From Lophium mytilinum (taxonomy: Eukaryota), in contig MU004190.1 in NCBI GenBank assembly GCA_010093605.1, positions 992,001 to 1,056,000 of the forward strand: DNA of 64,000 nucleotides, given 5' to 3'. The translations under genes and the position numbers were made by a program. The notes under the pieces are model-generated. The model worked only from the letters and a program-made list of their open reading frames with translations. It did not search any database and was not told the origin of the DNA. The stretch's first letter is position 1. Every line of letters starts with the position of its first letter. Shown here one piece after another: positions 1 through 13,092 of this stretch.

Positions 1-1545
1 TCACCACTAGAGAATTGGAGCCGAAGAATGTGCGATGGATATGCGTTGGCAGCGGACCCGAGAGCTTCTCCGAGTTCTATTCCCCGGCCTCGAACGATTG
101 ACAACTGACATTGGCGCCACCATTGCGAGAATTGGAAGGTATGCGGAACCTCTCGCACGAATCCGACGGGACTATGCGGCTCCCCAATTACTGAACGCGG
201 AACCGGACGCTCTCATGAAAGACACAACGATATTGGAAGCGGAACCGTCCGACGGAGCGGGAAGCTTGAGTTCAGATGGAGTGATCATGGACCAAAATCC
301 GAGAGAAACCCTTGAATGTCGGAAAAGAATACTTTACTCGGTGAGATACCGGTAGAGGGGCCCTAGCTACCAAAACTCCTTACCTCAATATCGAGTGTCC
401 TCTCTTTCACCCTCATCCGGCCTTGGCGAAAGCTTGAAGCGTGCCTGTTCTACCATTGGTCTTCAATCTATCGATATCTGAGTTTCCTTAAAGACTCAGA
501 TCTCCTAGATCTTAGATCTCCATTGAAAAGATCTGTGGATACGTTCCTCTTCCCCAGATTCTCAAGCTGAAATTTCAATCTACGACGCATCAACTCTGAA
601 CCTCGTCAATGTCGTTTTACTCCCTTCTTACTTGACTTCCTCTTGTCTATACCGTGCCACTCGACTAAGTCCCTACTTACAACACTCTTTCAAATCTCCG
701 GAGTACTGCATGGCCGGTGCGTCGAATGGTGGTGAAGGGCCAAGACTAAGTTGAAGGTCACGTGAGAGACTCAAGATATTTGGGGATCAACCTTATCTCA
801 TCAACGGGAACCTGCATCATCGGACCCGCCACGTTGCTTTGCGATCAAGGATGTCTCCTGATGGTAGTGTCAGGAGTGTGGTGGTTCGAGGTCGGAATGA
901 GGAGACGTTCGAGGCGCGGCCACCTCCGCCCGCGCAAGCGAGGAAAAAGTCAGCCCACTGTCTCTCCACAACACCAGCCAAGGATCACCGCCATCACCCC
1001 ATCGCACCGTGAGCACGTCTCCTTTGTGCTGGATCAGCACCACTCCCATACAAAATAGTCCAAGCATGTAAAAATCCATACCAAACCCGCTTAGTGAGCC
1101 TCCTGCTATGGATGCCGCCTTGGCGGCGTACCCCGCCGTCTCCTGATATCAGCTCCGTCGACTGTTCTAGGTAGACGTGCCAACATGACCCCACAGTGAG
1201 AATACGGTAATGTTTCGGGCATTTCACGCCTCAGGTGATGCTAAGCGATAGACTCACAGCCCCATAGTTTCTTTGACCCGTCCTCATGCTGCTGATATAT
1301 AACCTCTCGTGCTACACCTCACTGTCTCTCCCATCATCATCAAGCATCAATACAGGGCATTCACACCAGTTCCAGCAATCTCCAATCAACCACACATCTC
1401 TACTCCGGCTACTCACGAACGACTAAACTCGATCAAAACTCCTCTTACGCCAAAAAGTGTATTACTAAAATCACATCTCTACAATCGACGAATCAGTAAA
1501 CGCCATTCAACGGTTCTTAATCTCGATTTCGACATAATCCACAAA

Positions 1546-1831
1546 ATGCCTTCCGCAACCCCCATCCGAACCTTCATGCGCTCCGCATCCCGCTACCTCA
1601 CCGAGCCGCACCCATTTGCGCGGAACCCAGTCTCCACCCCAGCGCACCGCCACTACGCGCCGTTCTTCATCAAGCGCGCTGCTGCGACGGCCGGAACGTA
1701 AGCATTTCCCCAATACGTGCTTCCTCTGAGCAATCCAAACTAACAAAATCAACAGCATGATCCCCTTCTACAGCGTGGTCCTCTTCTGGCCCATCCCCGT
1801 CGCCGCCCTCGGCCGCCAAATCGGCATCTGA
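1546..1831 (+). CDS. Small (75 aa) single-pass probable mitochondrial protein, Cox26-like; 2 exons
   Basis: ATG in ACAAAATG context at 1546. Intron 1698-1755 (GTAAGC...CTAAC...CAG). Spliced product MPSATPIRTFMRSASRYLTEPHPF...GTMIPFYSVVLFWPIPVAALGRQIGI*: Arg/Ser-rich N-terminus and a hydrophobic C-terminal segment with an LFWP motif. Confidence 0.75.
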
Positions 1832-2503
1832 CTTGCTGAATCCCTCGTCATCGCTGTCGACGGCATGGGCCCCTCAACTTACCAGGGCCAGGCCTCAGTC
1901 CCGTGGGAGGTCACCGACATGGCGACGCTCGACGAGATCGAGCGCCATCGGAAGTCGTCGGCTGATGCGAGGGAGGTTATGGACATGATCCTTGGCATGG
2001 AGTTCGATGGTTGAGCAATGGTGTTTTGTTTGTTTTGCTTCTTATACAAACCTTTATTTGCGGGGGTTTGGTGTTTTTGTTCCGAGACGAATCGGCTTTT
2101 ATGCATGGTTTGCTGGAGTTTGGGGGCGTTCGGGGTGTTGAATGCCCGCGGCGGCTTTGTGGGCTTTGTAGCATAGCGAGTTCGAAAATGATATCAAGTT
2201 CAAATCAAGCACGTCTTTCCGAGCAGAGTGACAGTGACCGTGGGTTTTATTAGGGATCCAACTTGGAGGTGATTGGTATTGTACTTTGGGAAGAAACAGA
2301 AGGACCAAAGCATTGGGGAATCTCAGAGACCGAACAAAGAGACAAGCAACCTTTGATACACAGAGAGAATCTTAAAACCCAATGCAAGAAGACCAATGAC
2401 CCGACAATGCCGCTTAACGCAGGACGAAGGAAAATCGAGCAAATTTGACCGAAAGAAAGGCTCGCATTCCTTGGACACCTAGCGCCCAGCATACAATCGG
2501 CTT

Positions 2504-3258
2504 TCAAGGGAACATGGAATCATCCGGCATGACAAAACCCTTCGCGTCGAAGTCGCGGCGAATGTAATCCGTCATGGCGTCAATCTTCTTGCGCTGAACA
2601 TGCAGAGCTCCACCCTGTAGATCCCTGTCCCGCTGGCTCATGTGACTGTCGGCCATCGACATAACTGATGGTTTCGGGGAGGTGGCGCCTTCGGCGAGGG
2701 TAAATCCCTCTTCTTGGGCGAGATCGGAGACTGCCTTGGGATGGGTTCCGGCGGCTTTCAGAGAACCTTCCTTGCTGCTAGGAGCCTCAGAATGAGGATA
2801 TCGAGGGTCGCCATAGACTTCCGGGGTGATCTTGAAGGACGCGTGTCGTCCGGGTGGAACTCCTCCCACGAGAACCAGGAGAAGCTTGGGCTGAAGAGCC
2901 CGAACGATGAGGTTGTTGGCTTCGAACTCGATAGTCAGAGTCTCCAAAGTGGGCTTGGACAGAGAGCTGCTGGATTGTGCGATATCCGAGTCCAGGCTAG
3001 CCTGGTCATGAGAAAGTTTAGAGGCGATAGCTTCTTCATGCTCCTTCCAGGCCATGGAGATGAGGGCAGCCTGATCTCTCAGATCCTTGATGTCGACAGG
3101 CACAGAGTATGCCAGAAGAGTTCCATTGGGTGACATTACACTGGTATATTAGCGGGATCTCGAGGCGCGGACGGCTGCATCACGTACAACATGCGTGGAT
3201 AGAGCTTCGGGTCCACATTCTTGGCCAAAAGTTCGCTAAGTTTCTTCGCGTTCAACAT
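2504..3258 (-). CDS. Roadblock/LAMTOR2-like domain protein; 2 exons
   Basis: Exon 1 MLNAKKLSELLAKNVDPKLYPRMF, then a GTACGT...CTAAT...CAG intron, joins ORF 2504..3136 (VMSPNGTLLAYS...DLRDQAALISMAW). This resembles the LAMTOR2 N-terminus (G-LLAYS...AAIASNIW). Confidence 0.7.
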
Positions 3259-4112
3259 TTTGAGCGTCTCTAGAGAAGGCGCGGTTTAGCATTGAGGGAG
3301 ATATTGCAAAAACATATTAGGCACGCGACATCGGAAAATGTGTTATAACAGGTGGGCCAGAGTTCCAAAAGACAGATTCGTGTACGTAAACATCTTGAGA
3401 CCGGATTGACGACGGATTTACTCCTAAGGAGAGAAAGGAGGTCGTATGAGAGTTAAATTCAGGCAACTTACACCAACACGCTGCGCGCCGCGGCGATGTG
3501 ATAAGAAGTGAGGTGGAAAGATTTCAACGTTCAACACGAGCGAAGAGGGTCGACAAAGCTCTCCAGAAGGGCATAGTCAAGGCGCCGGTCTACCAACGTG
3601 GGAGGTGAATGCAATGCGGAGCTTTGTCGCATTGTTGATGACGGTGTGACGAAGACTGGGCAAGTCGTGGGAGCTCAGCCTCAACTGGAAGGCGCCCGGA
3701 TGTGGAGAAACCTTTGGCCGCGTAGCTCCACGTGACTGCTCCTATCTCTCGCCATCCGAACATCCCCAAACTGCGTCCGCGCTGCTTTCTCCGATTTCCG
3801 AGAAGTTGGGTATGAGTCACTATATGCAATTGGTCAATAGCAAATAGCATGTCTCTTATGCAGGATCGAAAGGCACGAGAATCATGCCGCCGAGAGATAT
3901 CCCGGATCCCGCTAGAACGTGGGGTTGATTGAGCTCCTGCGCGCGTCATTCATCACTCCAGCGCGCGCTCTCAATTCTTTTCCCCCGTTCAATCGATGCT
4001 TATATTCAGCCGACTGTCCGCAAGATCATACAATCATAAAACCTCATCTACATTCATCTCACGAGCCTCTAGCCTTTCTACCAGACGACCACTGGTTAGG
4101 ACGTTCGCAATC

Positions 4113-5248
4113 ATGGCTACCAACACAAGCTCCTATAAGCTAAATCACTCAATGCAAGGCCTCTCGCTTCTAGACCTGTTGCGCACGTAGATCTATATCA
4201 GTGCTAACATCAGCGTAGGATTCGGGTGAAGGACCCCAAAATCTCAGTGAAGTTCTACGAACTCCTCGGCATGAAGCTGATCAACAAAATCGAGAATGCC
4301 GATGCCAAGTTCGACCTCTACTTCCTTGCGTATGATACCCCGAAAGCAGCCAACCACGGCAACCATTGGACGGATCGCGAAGGACTCATAGAACTCACCC
4401 ACAACTATGGCACGGAGAACGACCCAAATTACAAGATCGCGAATGGCAACAGCGATCCTCATAAGGGGTTTGGACACACTTGTATCTCAGTGGACAACAT
4501 CCAGGCTGCCTGCAAGCGGTTGGAAGATGCAGGGGTCAAGTTCCAGAAGAAGCTGGCAGATGGAAAGATGCATCACATTGCGTTTGCATTGGATCCTGAC
4601 AGCTACTGGGTTGAGATCATTGGACAAAAGCCGGTCGAGGAGACAGAGAGTGTCACGGAGACGGACGTTGAGACATATCGCATGGTGAGTGTGGTGAATT
4701 GCGGTAGCGGAGTTGAGCTTACATGGCCGACCAGAACCATACCATGATTCGCGTCAAGGACCCTGAGATCTCACTCAAATTCTATCAAGACGTCATGGGA
4801 ATGGACCTCAAGCGAGTCACGGAGAGAACTGCAGGCGGCTTCAACCTCTACTTCCTCGGCTACGGAGCTCCAGCTGTGCAAGTTGCGGACGGCCACAATC
4901 CTGTTGCAGACCGCGAGGGCATACTAGAGTTGACATGGAACTACGGAACGGAGAAGGATCCCAACTTCAATTACCACGATGGTAACGCGGAGCCGCAGGG
5001 CTTCGGCCACATCTGCATCTCAGTTGATGACTTGGATTCTGCTTGCGCCAGATTCGAGGAAAAGAAGGTCAACTGGAAGAAGAGGCTCACAGATGGCAGG
5101 ATGAAGAACATTGCCTTCGTTCTCGGTATGTTGTTGCTATGTGTAAGATCATAAGACGCAGATAAATGACAGATATCAATCAGATCCTGATGGCTACTGG
5201 ATTGAGGTAGTCCAGAACGAGAAGCTCAAGAACCGAAGCAACTGGTGA
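4113..5248 (+). CDS. GLO1: Lactoylglutathione lyase (glyoxalase I), two-domain fungal type; 4 exons; possible upstream start at 3996
   Basis: Two VOC repeats with NH(S/T)MIRVKDP, FxLYFL, ELTxNYGTE, GFGHxCISVD and DPDxYW(V/I)E. Introns 4154-4218 (GC-AG), 4685-4734 and 5126-5183. Confidence 0.95.
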
Positions 5249-5701
5249 TTGAGTTCCTTTTAGCTAAAGTATAACAGAAGTCCAGAAATAGAACATTAGA
5301 TTGACTCAGGTATCTGACTGCTCTACATGCTTAGATAGCTCAAGGAACCATTGCCCTGTTTAGCTATCTAATTCGATGGAGCTTCTAACTTTCATCATTG
5401 TCTTCTGTTCGGCCGTCTCGTTCTAGATAGGGTCACGCTTCTTTGTTTCTTTCCACTAGCATGGAACAGCGTGGGGAAGGCGCGGGAGCGGGGTAGTTCT
5501 CTTGCCCACTTTGAGACAGCCCGCCATTCCTCACCACTCAGCTGACTTCATCACCGCAGCACCTGCAGCACCTGCAGCTCTCATACACGCGAGCCTGTGG
5601 TACCTTCGCCGATAGCGGCCCGGGAATTGTTCCACTGTAATAAAGCCAGCAAACAATCCCAGTCGCGTCATACTCGCTTTCCTCTTCGCTTTCTTCCCGT
5701 C

Positions 5702-5708
5702 TGACTCA
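5702..5708 (+). promoter_or_regulatory. Gcn4/CpcA-type element TGACTCA upstream of the phosphoglycerate dehydrogenase gene
   Basis: Perfect TGACTCA just upstream of ATG 5735, with a second copy at 5302-5308. Amino-acid biosynthetic genes are classical cross-pathway control targets. Confidence 0.5.
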
Positions 5709-5734
5709 CTACTTTCTCTCTTTCATACTACGAC

Positions 5735-7656
5735 ATGCCTATTGCCGTGCCTAGCAGCGGAGCGTCCACTCCAAAGCCGAAGATCCTCATTCCAGAGAAG
5801 GTCTCTCCAGATGGATTGGCATTGCTGCAAGCCTCCTTCGAGGTTCACGAGAAGAAGGGATTGAGTGCCGACGAGCTCAAAGCCATCATACCTGAATATG
5901 AAGCCCTCATTGTCCGGTCTGAAACCAAAGTCACAGCCGACCTGCTCGATGCAGCGAAGAAATTGAAGGTGGTAGCCAGAGCTGGTGTTGGCGTTGACAA
6001 TGTCGATGTTGGCAGTGCAACGAAGCATGGGATCATCGTGGTGAACTCACCTGTAGGGAACATCAATGCTGCTGCGGAACATACAATTGCTTGTAAGAAC
6101 CCTGTTGCTGACACTAGACAACTACTTACTCTTCATAGTGCTTATGGCAGTCGCTCGTAACATTGGAGATGCGAGCTCAAGTATCAAGGCTGGGAAATGG
6201 GAGAGGAGTCGTCTGGTCGGCGTGGAAGCAAAGGGAAAGACTCTTGCTATTGTCGGCCTCGGAAAGGGTCAGTTACTTTTGGGCCAACTCGAAACGTATA
6301 CTGACTTGGAACAGTCGGTCTCACCGTGGCTCGCATTGCGAACGGCTTGGGAATGAGCCTGGTTGCATATGGCAAGTGTTGTCCTTCCTTTCAAACATGA
6401 TCAATCTAATCGTCTAGCTAGACCCATACGCGAATCCTTCTCTCGCGGCAGCAGCTTCTGTCACTTTGAGACCCACCTTGGCTGAGCTCCTGAAAGAAGC
6501 CGACTTCTTGACCCTCCACACCCCTCTCATCGCATCGACCAAGGGAATGATTGGAGCGTCGGAGCTAGCGACAATGAAGATGACCGCGAGAATATTGAAC
6601 GTCGCGAGAGGCGGCATGATCGACGAAGCAGCTCTTCTGGAAGCTTTGAACGCTGGGACCATTGCCGGAGCTGGAATCGACGTCTTCACCTCCGAACCCC
6701 CAGAGGCTGACTCGACTGCATCACGTCTCATCGCACACCCCAAGGTTGTCGCCACACCACATCTTGGTGCGTCGACCGTAGAAGCCCAAGAAAACGTGTC
6801 CATAGATGTCTGCCAGCAGGTCATCGCAATTTTGAATGGAGAGCTTCCTCGTTCAGCCGTCAATGCTCCCATAATTCTACCAGAAGAATATCGCACTCTT
6901 CAGCCATTCGTATCGTTAGTTGAGAAGATGGGTTCGCTCTATACTCAGCACTATAGCCCTCACATCAACCCAAGCTCCAAATCGTTCCGCACAACTTTCG
7001 ACCTGACGTACGAGGGTGCCCTTGCTACTCTCAATACTACCAAACCACTTTTCGCCGCTCTCATCAAAGGGCTCCTCACTCCCATTACCTCGTCCGATGG
7101 CTTGAATATCAATATCGTCAATGCTGAGATATTGGCCAAAGAACGCGGTATCCTTGTCAACGAGAACCGCAGCCGTGAAAACGTGGAAGAAAAGCCCTAC
7201 TCCTCCTTCGTCACTCTCCGCGCTCGCACCTCCCGCTCAGCGTCACAATCTCGGACTCCCTCCCCTGAGCTGAAACGAACATTGTCTCAGGCTGCTCTAC
7301 CGCAGGACCAAGACGACCAAGTGATCCAGGGATTCGTTTCCGCGAACAAGCCGTATATTTCTCGACTAGATCGCTTCAAGGGCGAGTTCGTTCCTTCAGG
7401 TACTCTCATCATTTGCCGGAACTTCGACTCGTGTGGCAAGATCGGCTTCGTGGGCTCTGAACTTGGCAAGGCGGGCGTCAATATCAAGTTCATGAATGTG
7501 GCACCGCTACATGAGGATGAAGAGGACAGGGAGGGCGATGCTTCAGGGCAAGAAGCTCTCATGATTCTCGGAGTGGACAGGCCCGTAGGTGATGATGTCG
7601 TGAAGGGACTCATCTCGGACCAAGGTGTGTTGGAGGTGAGCGTTGTTACTTTGTAG
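5735..7656 (+). CDS. SER3: D-3-phosphoglycerate dehydrogenase with C-terminal ASB/ACT-like regulatory region; 4 exons
   Basis: LIVRSETKVT, ARAGVGVDNVD, AAAEHT, GKTLAIVGLGKVG, LNVARGG, TPHLGASTVEAQ; ACT-like GKIGFVGSELGKAGVNI. The third intron, 6372-6421, is GC-AG. Confidence 0.93.
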
Positions 7657-7729
7657 GTTCAGAGGACAGCCTGGTCATGACATAGTCCGTTCAAGCGCTT
7701 TTCAACATATTTGATATTGGCCAAAAGAC

Positions 7730-9705
7730 GAAATGCATGGCAAGCGATGGGAACGATCCGGAAAAGCATGGGAGTTATTTGTAGGACTTCAACGTCATAT
7801 AAACACATAGCATGATATCCAAGGTTGATAAATCAAGGCATAGCTTTTTGGCCCTTGAAAGTCGCCAATTATACAAGTAATACCCCCCTTCACCCCCAAG
7901 ACACCTTCCGCCCATTCCATGGAGTATTCGCGAGCTGGGACCGGACGATGTTTTTGACTCGGTACTCTCTTTGCTCAAGCAACGGCCCAATACCTACGCG
8001 TCCAACCGACATTCGATGGTAGCCGCCATTGTGCCACCCAATACTCAGCTTTACCATGCCAGACCAGACGGTGGGCCTCCTAAGGTTCCTACGTTCTTCG
8101 CCTTCGATGCGTCAGTGTCCTGATTTTTACTGTTCACGCCTTTCGCTGACTTACGGCAGAGAAATGTCGCTCCGGATGTATGGAGGGTCTGGAAACCCCC
8201 AGTTGTATACAATGGTCACAACTAGAACTCTGAATGTTCTATAGTTTGATGGACAGTCAGCATCGTTGACTAGATGGGGTACTCTTGATGCCTAGATGGC
8301 TCTTCTTCAAAATGAAGTACCACCTTATCCCAGCGAAGAGCTTGTGTTCGACGAGAATCAGCGGGGTGTCGAATCTCTGTGCTCTTATTAAGAACTTTAA
8401 GTTGGACGGCGTTGCCCGAATGAATGCAGGATTTGAGGTCATGCTCTGCGATCTTGTTGTGGCCGGTGTTACGCAACTGTACTCCAGTAATGTGACTGTA
8501 CCAGGTAATAGGAAAGAGAGGAAGACCCTACCCTTCCCCAGAATCCCAAACGCGTTCCTCCCTTTGGGTTCGGCAATGATTTCGCCCCTCAGAATAGTTG
8601 GGAATGGATCAGAAGCGGCACCTGGTATTATGGCACCTCAGCTACCGATGCTGGAAGCACTAGGGAAACCAGGATACAGCTTGACCTCTGCGGATTTATG
8701 TCCCTACTACGACCCATGCCTCAGCAGTTTGAGTGGACTTCACCATGGGGTGTAAGAGGAAACGATACATACCAGAACGGGTGGGGGCTTCGTAGGGGCC
8801 ACCGTCTATTGGGCATCTCACGGGAGGATATTTCCACAATGAAGAAGTGGTTGAAGCCTATCACGACTGCCCACGTATCTTCGCGGAGACACTGTTCAGG
8901 CATCGACTGACAGGCGCTGACTGAGACAATCACCAATCAACACCGAAGCCGAGCACGAGAAATATCAGTCGCCCTAAGGAACGGACCCCAAGACAGCGAT
9001 TCCATCCAGCCCATCATCAAGACCATCCACGAGCTTAGCTACGCTATCCTTTACACCTACCTTCAGTATCCCTCCGCCGCAAAGATATCCTCGCAAGAAG
9101 CTAGAAATCTGACTATTGCACGATGCTCTTCTGTTTATACGGAGAACATCAAGCCAAGTAGCCTCAACGAGTTCGAGGTAATCATAAAAGAGTCTATCCG
9201 AATAGTCATGGCCGAGCTTTGCTCCTGGGAATGGCATCTGTTTGAATGGAGCGAAAAGCATACAACAAATCTCATTGATCCGGAAAATGAGCTGGTCCCT
9301 GTTTCTACTGATCAGCAAGATCTCCTCGAAGAAATCACACAACATGCTCAAACGACCACAAAGTTAATGGATTGGATTGGATTGGCTGGGACGACTGGCA
9401 CGACTGTGATAGGAAGTGTGAGTCTAATGTGAGACCTTGCTTTCCCTTCTTATTGCATCGACAGAAGCTGATTTTGGATATAGGAGCTCTGCTATATCCC
9501 TATGTGGCCTGTCATTCATGCACCAGGCAAGCATCAGGGCGGATTCTATGCGGATGATTCTTATACTGAGGAAGAGATGTATGATTTCTGGCGGCCATGG
9601 TGTTTGAATCGTACTTTGTTCGATCGAGGGGGCGGACGAGCGCGAGAGCCTGCGCATCAGATTCCAGATGCACCCAACAATCTACCCGTCCTGACTAGCA
9701 GTTGA
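7730..9705 (+). pseudogene. Disrupted gene of a fungal hypothetical protein family (boundaries approximate)
   Basis: Coherent protein-like blocks VPPNTQLYHARPDGGPP..FFAFDAEMS, TTRTLNVL*FDGQSAS..GTLDA*MALL, LDGVARMNAGFEVMLCD and GWDDWHDCDRKC..CYIPMWP..WRPWCLNRT. They are broken by in-frame TAG at 8242-8244 and 8293-8295 and by several frameshifts. Intron signals are still visible. Confidence 0.7.
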
Positions 9706-10391
9706 AGAAAGCCAAACGATCGCCCTCAACTCGATGCGGTGAGAGATGAGAGCGAGAAAGAGGAGAGACGAGAGTAAGGAGAAGATGGTGGAGGATATGG
9801 AGCTAATGAAAGAGGGTCAAAAGCCTGCAATAGATGCGTCCCGGAGACGCTGTGCTGAAAGTGTGGAGAGACGATCCGAGGCTGAGAACACGATCTGCAG
9901 TAAATTGGGCGGAGATCTATATTTATCAGGTTCAGAGACGCCTGCTTAGGGGGTTGATGAGCTATGATATCTTCAACAATATGAGTGAAAGCGGCTTTGC
10001 GAAGACAGGTAGTCTAGCTAGCGATGAATCATCATGCATAAACACCCAATCCAGCCTACTTTTTAATAGGAAGCTAGAGTCAATGAACGTCTGAATAGGA
10101 CAACGCTCTGGTTTCCCTTGACGCTATTCGGATAACTTTCCCTCCGCAAATCATAATGCACAGACCCTTCCCCGCATTCGTCCCGGCTTGCCCTTCTCAG
10201 CTTACCTCATTGTGCATCCCACTTCTCCCACTTCTCCTCGGCATCGGCGAAACAACAATGCTCCGCAATTCCGCTATGAAAACATCCAGTGTCCTCTATT
10301 CTATGACACGCACGCTTCCGCCACTCCTTTGACCCAGATTCTACCCAATTGACCCCTCGCCCCGTCTTCATACTCACATTTCCACCCCAAA

Positions 10392-12002
10392 ATGTCACTA
10401 CGCGTCGCCCCGACCCGCGCCGCCCGCGCCCTTTCCCTCCTTCGCACAGTACAATACACGCACCCACCCTCGTGTCCCTGTCACTCGAATCCAGGACACC
10501 ACCATGGCCCTTCCACCAATATCATAAACGTAGCGAAGCGCTCGCTAGCTACCCCGCTCGATGCGAGCCAGCAAAAAGAGTACGCGTTTGAGATGGCGGC
10601 GAGTAGTATACGGTTCGGAGCAGGTTGCACGAAAGAAGTAGGGATGGATTTCAAAAATATGGGCGCGAAGAAGGTCATGGTGGTGACGGATAGTACGGTG
10701 AAGAAACTGGATGCTATGAGGCAGGTTGTGGAAGGATTGGAAGCCGAGGGGATAAAGTTTGAGGTCTTTGACGAGGTGAGGGTGGAGCCGAAGGATAGTT
10801 CGTGAGTACCGCTTTGTGGATTGAAGGTTGTTTATGGGGTTGGACGTGTGCTAATGAGATTATAGGATTAAGCAGGCGATTGCGGCTGCGAAACCCTATC
10901 AACCAGACGCTTTCTTAGCTGTTGGCGGTGGATCAGTAATAGACACTGCTAAGTTGATGAACTTGTACACCACCTTCCCTTGTACGTCCGCGTTACTTCT
11001 TCCCTTCCATACAACAAATTCAAGAAGATGTTCATCTGACCCATCCCAGACGCCGACTTCCTCGACTTCGTCAACGCCCCCTTAGGCAAAGGCTTTCCCA
11101 TAACCCGGGGTCTAAAACCCCTCGTCGCCGTCCCCACCACCGCAGGCACAGGCTCCGAAACCACCGGCACCGCCATCTTCGACCTCGTAGAAAAGCGCGC
11201 GAAAACCGGCATCGCGCACCGCAACCTCAAGCCCACCCTCGGCATATGCGACCCCATAAACACCCGCACCATGCCCTCTGCCGTCCACGCCTCCTCGGGC
11301 CTCGACGTCCTCTGCCACTCCCTCGAATCATGGACTGCAATCCCCTACTACGAGCGTACCCCTAGGCCCACCAACCCGATCAATCGCCCCGCGTACCAAG
11401 GCGCGAACCCCATTTCCGACATTTTCAGTTTGCAGGCACTGCGGAGTACGGTCAAGTACCTACCCCGCGCTGTAGCAGACCCAGATGACTGGGAAGCCCA
11501 GAGCCAGATGCTGCTCGCTGCCACGCTGGCCGGCGTCGGCTTTGGTAACGCAGGCGTGCATCTATGTCACGGCATGAGCTACCCCATCTCCGGCCAAAAC
11601 CCAGGTTATAAGCACGCCGGGTACGCCGTCGACGTGCCGATCATCCCTCACGGCGTCAGTGTTGCCGTCACCGCACCTGCAGTCTTCAAATTCACTGGGG
11701 CGTCGAATCCAGAACGGCATTTGGCAGCCGCTGAATGCTTCGGCGTTGATATTAGTCAAGTGAAGAAAGAGAGCGCTGGAGAGGTGCTGAGCGAAGCACT
11801 TGCGAACTTCTTAGTGAAGCTGGGAGATCAGCCGAGGGGATTGATGGCGCTGGGGTTCAAGAAGGAGCACATTTCGGGGCTGGTGGAGGGGACGATTCCG
11901 CAGGCGCGAGTGCTGATGCTGGCGCCGTCATTAGATGCGACGAATTTGGATGTGGAGAGGGAGCAGTTGACGAGGTTGTTTGAGGATGCGATGGAGTACT
12001 AA
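10392..12002 (+). CDS. Hydroxyacid-oxoacid transhydrogenase (ADHFE1/HOT, iron-containing ADH family), mitochondrial; 3 exons
   Basis: Presequence-like N-terminus with CPCH; EYAFEMAASSIRFG, AVGGGSVIDTAK, PTTAGTGSETT, GLDVLCHSLES, GFGNAGVHLCHGMSYPI, PHGVSV. Confidence 0.92.
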
Positions 12003-13055
12003 GCGATGGTGTACGGCGAAAGTGGGGGGAAGTGCTTTGTAAATACGTTGGCTAGAAAAAAGAAGGCACGGAAAGTTACTGAACATATACTTCAGAAAAG
12101 ATCAACGTTTTCTTCCATGAGATTGCAGTTTAGTCGGCGGGTCTCTCTTCTATGTTGGTAGGCAGTTGAGGAATACTGCGTGAATCGGTGTAACGGTCAC
12201 GTGATGCCTTTGAAAAGAGTGAATTGTTTATGATTTGAACACTGGATCTCGAATTATCTTACACCTTGATTCGACTGCAGTGGAGGTGACTAGAGATATG
12301 CCGTTTCAAAATTTCGCGCAAAGAGGCTGATCCACGTGATGGTTACAGAAGGAGTGAATGGCTTGTTATCCCTTGGCACTCGAGCTTTGAAATTTCCAAC
12401 CTGCTCTGACCACGGCAACAGTGACGGGAACGACCAGAAGCACGATCTCATTTCGCCCCATTTCCGCAGGATATCACAGTACCTAGCGTGTAGTGTGGAG
12501 TTGGAGAGGAGGATGATATATAGCAGAAGATGATGAAGAACATTGCGTTTGGAAAGTGTATATAGAAGATAGCGGGTGGTGTTTAACATTAACAGTGCTC
12601 GAAGAAGAGATAGTGGCAAGAGAAGACGATGATTAGAGCATTGAAATACGCCCGGACTATCTTTAGAAAGAGATCGTGATGATCATGAGAAACGGGGAGC
12701 AGGAAGCCACCGCAGCCACCATCGCGCAGTTCTTCCCTCTTTTTTGCACCCGCCTCCAGACCGCAGCACGCCATGGATACTGCTCATCTCCATTTTTAAT
12801 CCACCCCACTCATCAGATCGCCTGGTCGACATTTTAACCAGACCCAGAACCGGAACCTCCAATCAACCTGCCATTCCCAAACCCGCGACAGAAACGAAAG
12901 ATATACCCGCCCACCTCACCCCTCACGTGACAATCCCCAAAGTCACCTGCCCCACCCCCTTCCCACATCACGCATCACGCTTCACGCATCACACACATCA
13001 GCCAACGAATCCTCTACCGGTATCCATAAGCTGTAAATACATTAGACTAGACTGA

Positions 13056-13092
13056 TCATCCCAATCCATCCCATCCATCCATCCATCCATTC
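13056..13092. repeat. (ATCC)n microsatellite
   Basis: atcccaatccatcccatccatccatccatccattcc. Confidence 0.6.

Noticed and set aside
1..1230. ORFs 35..355, 762..1058 and overlapping minus-strand ORFs
   Set aside because: No recognisable motif or consistent splice model; possibly the tail of a gene or relic outside the window.
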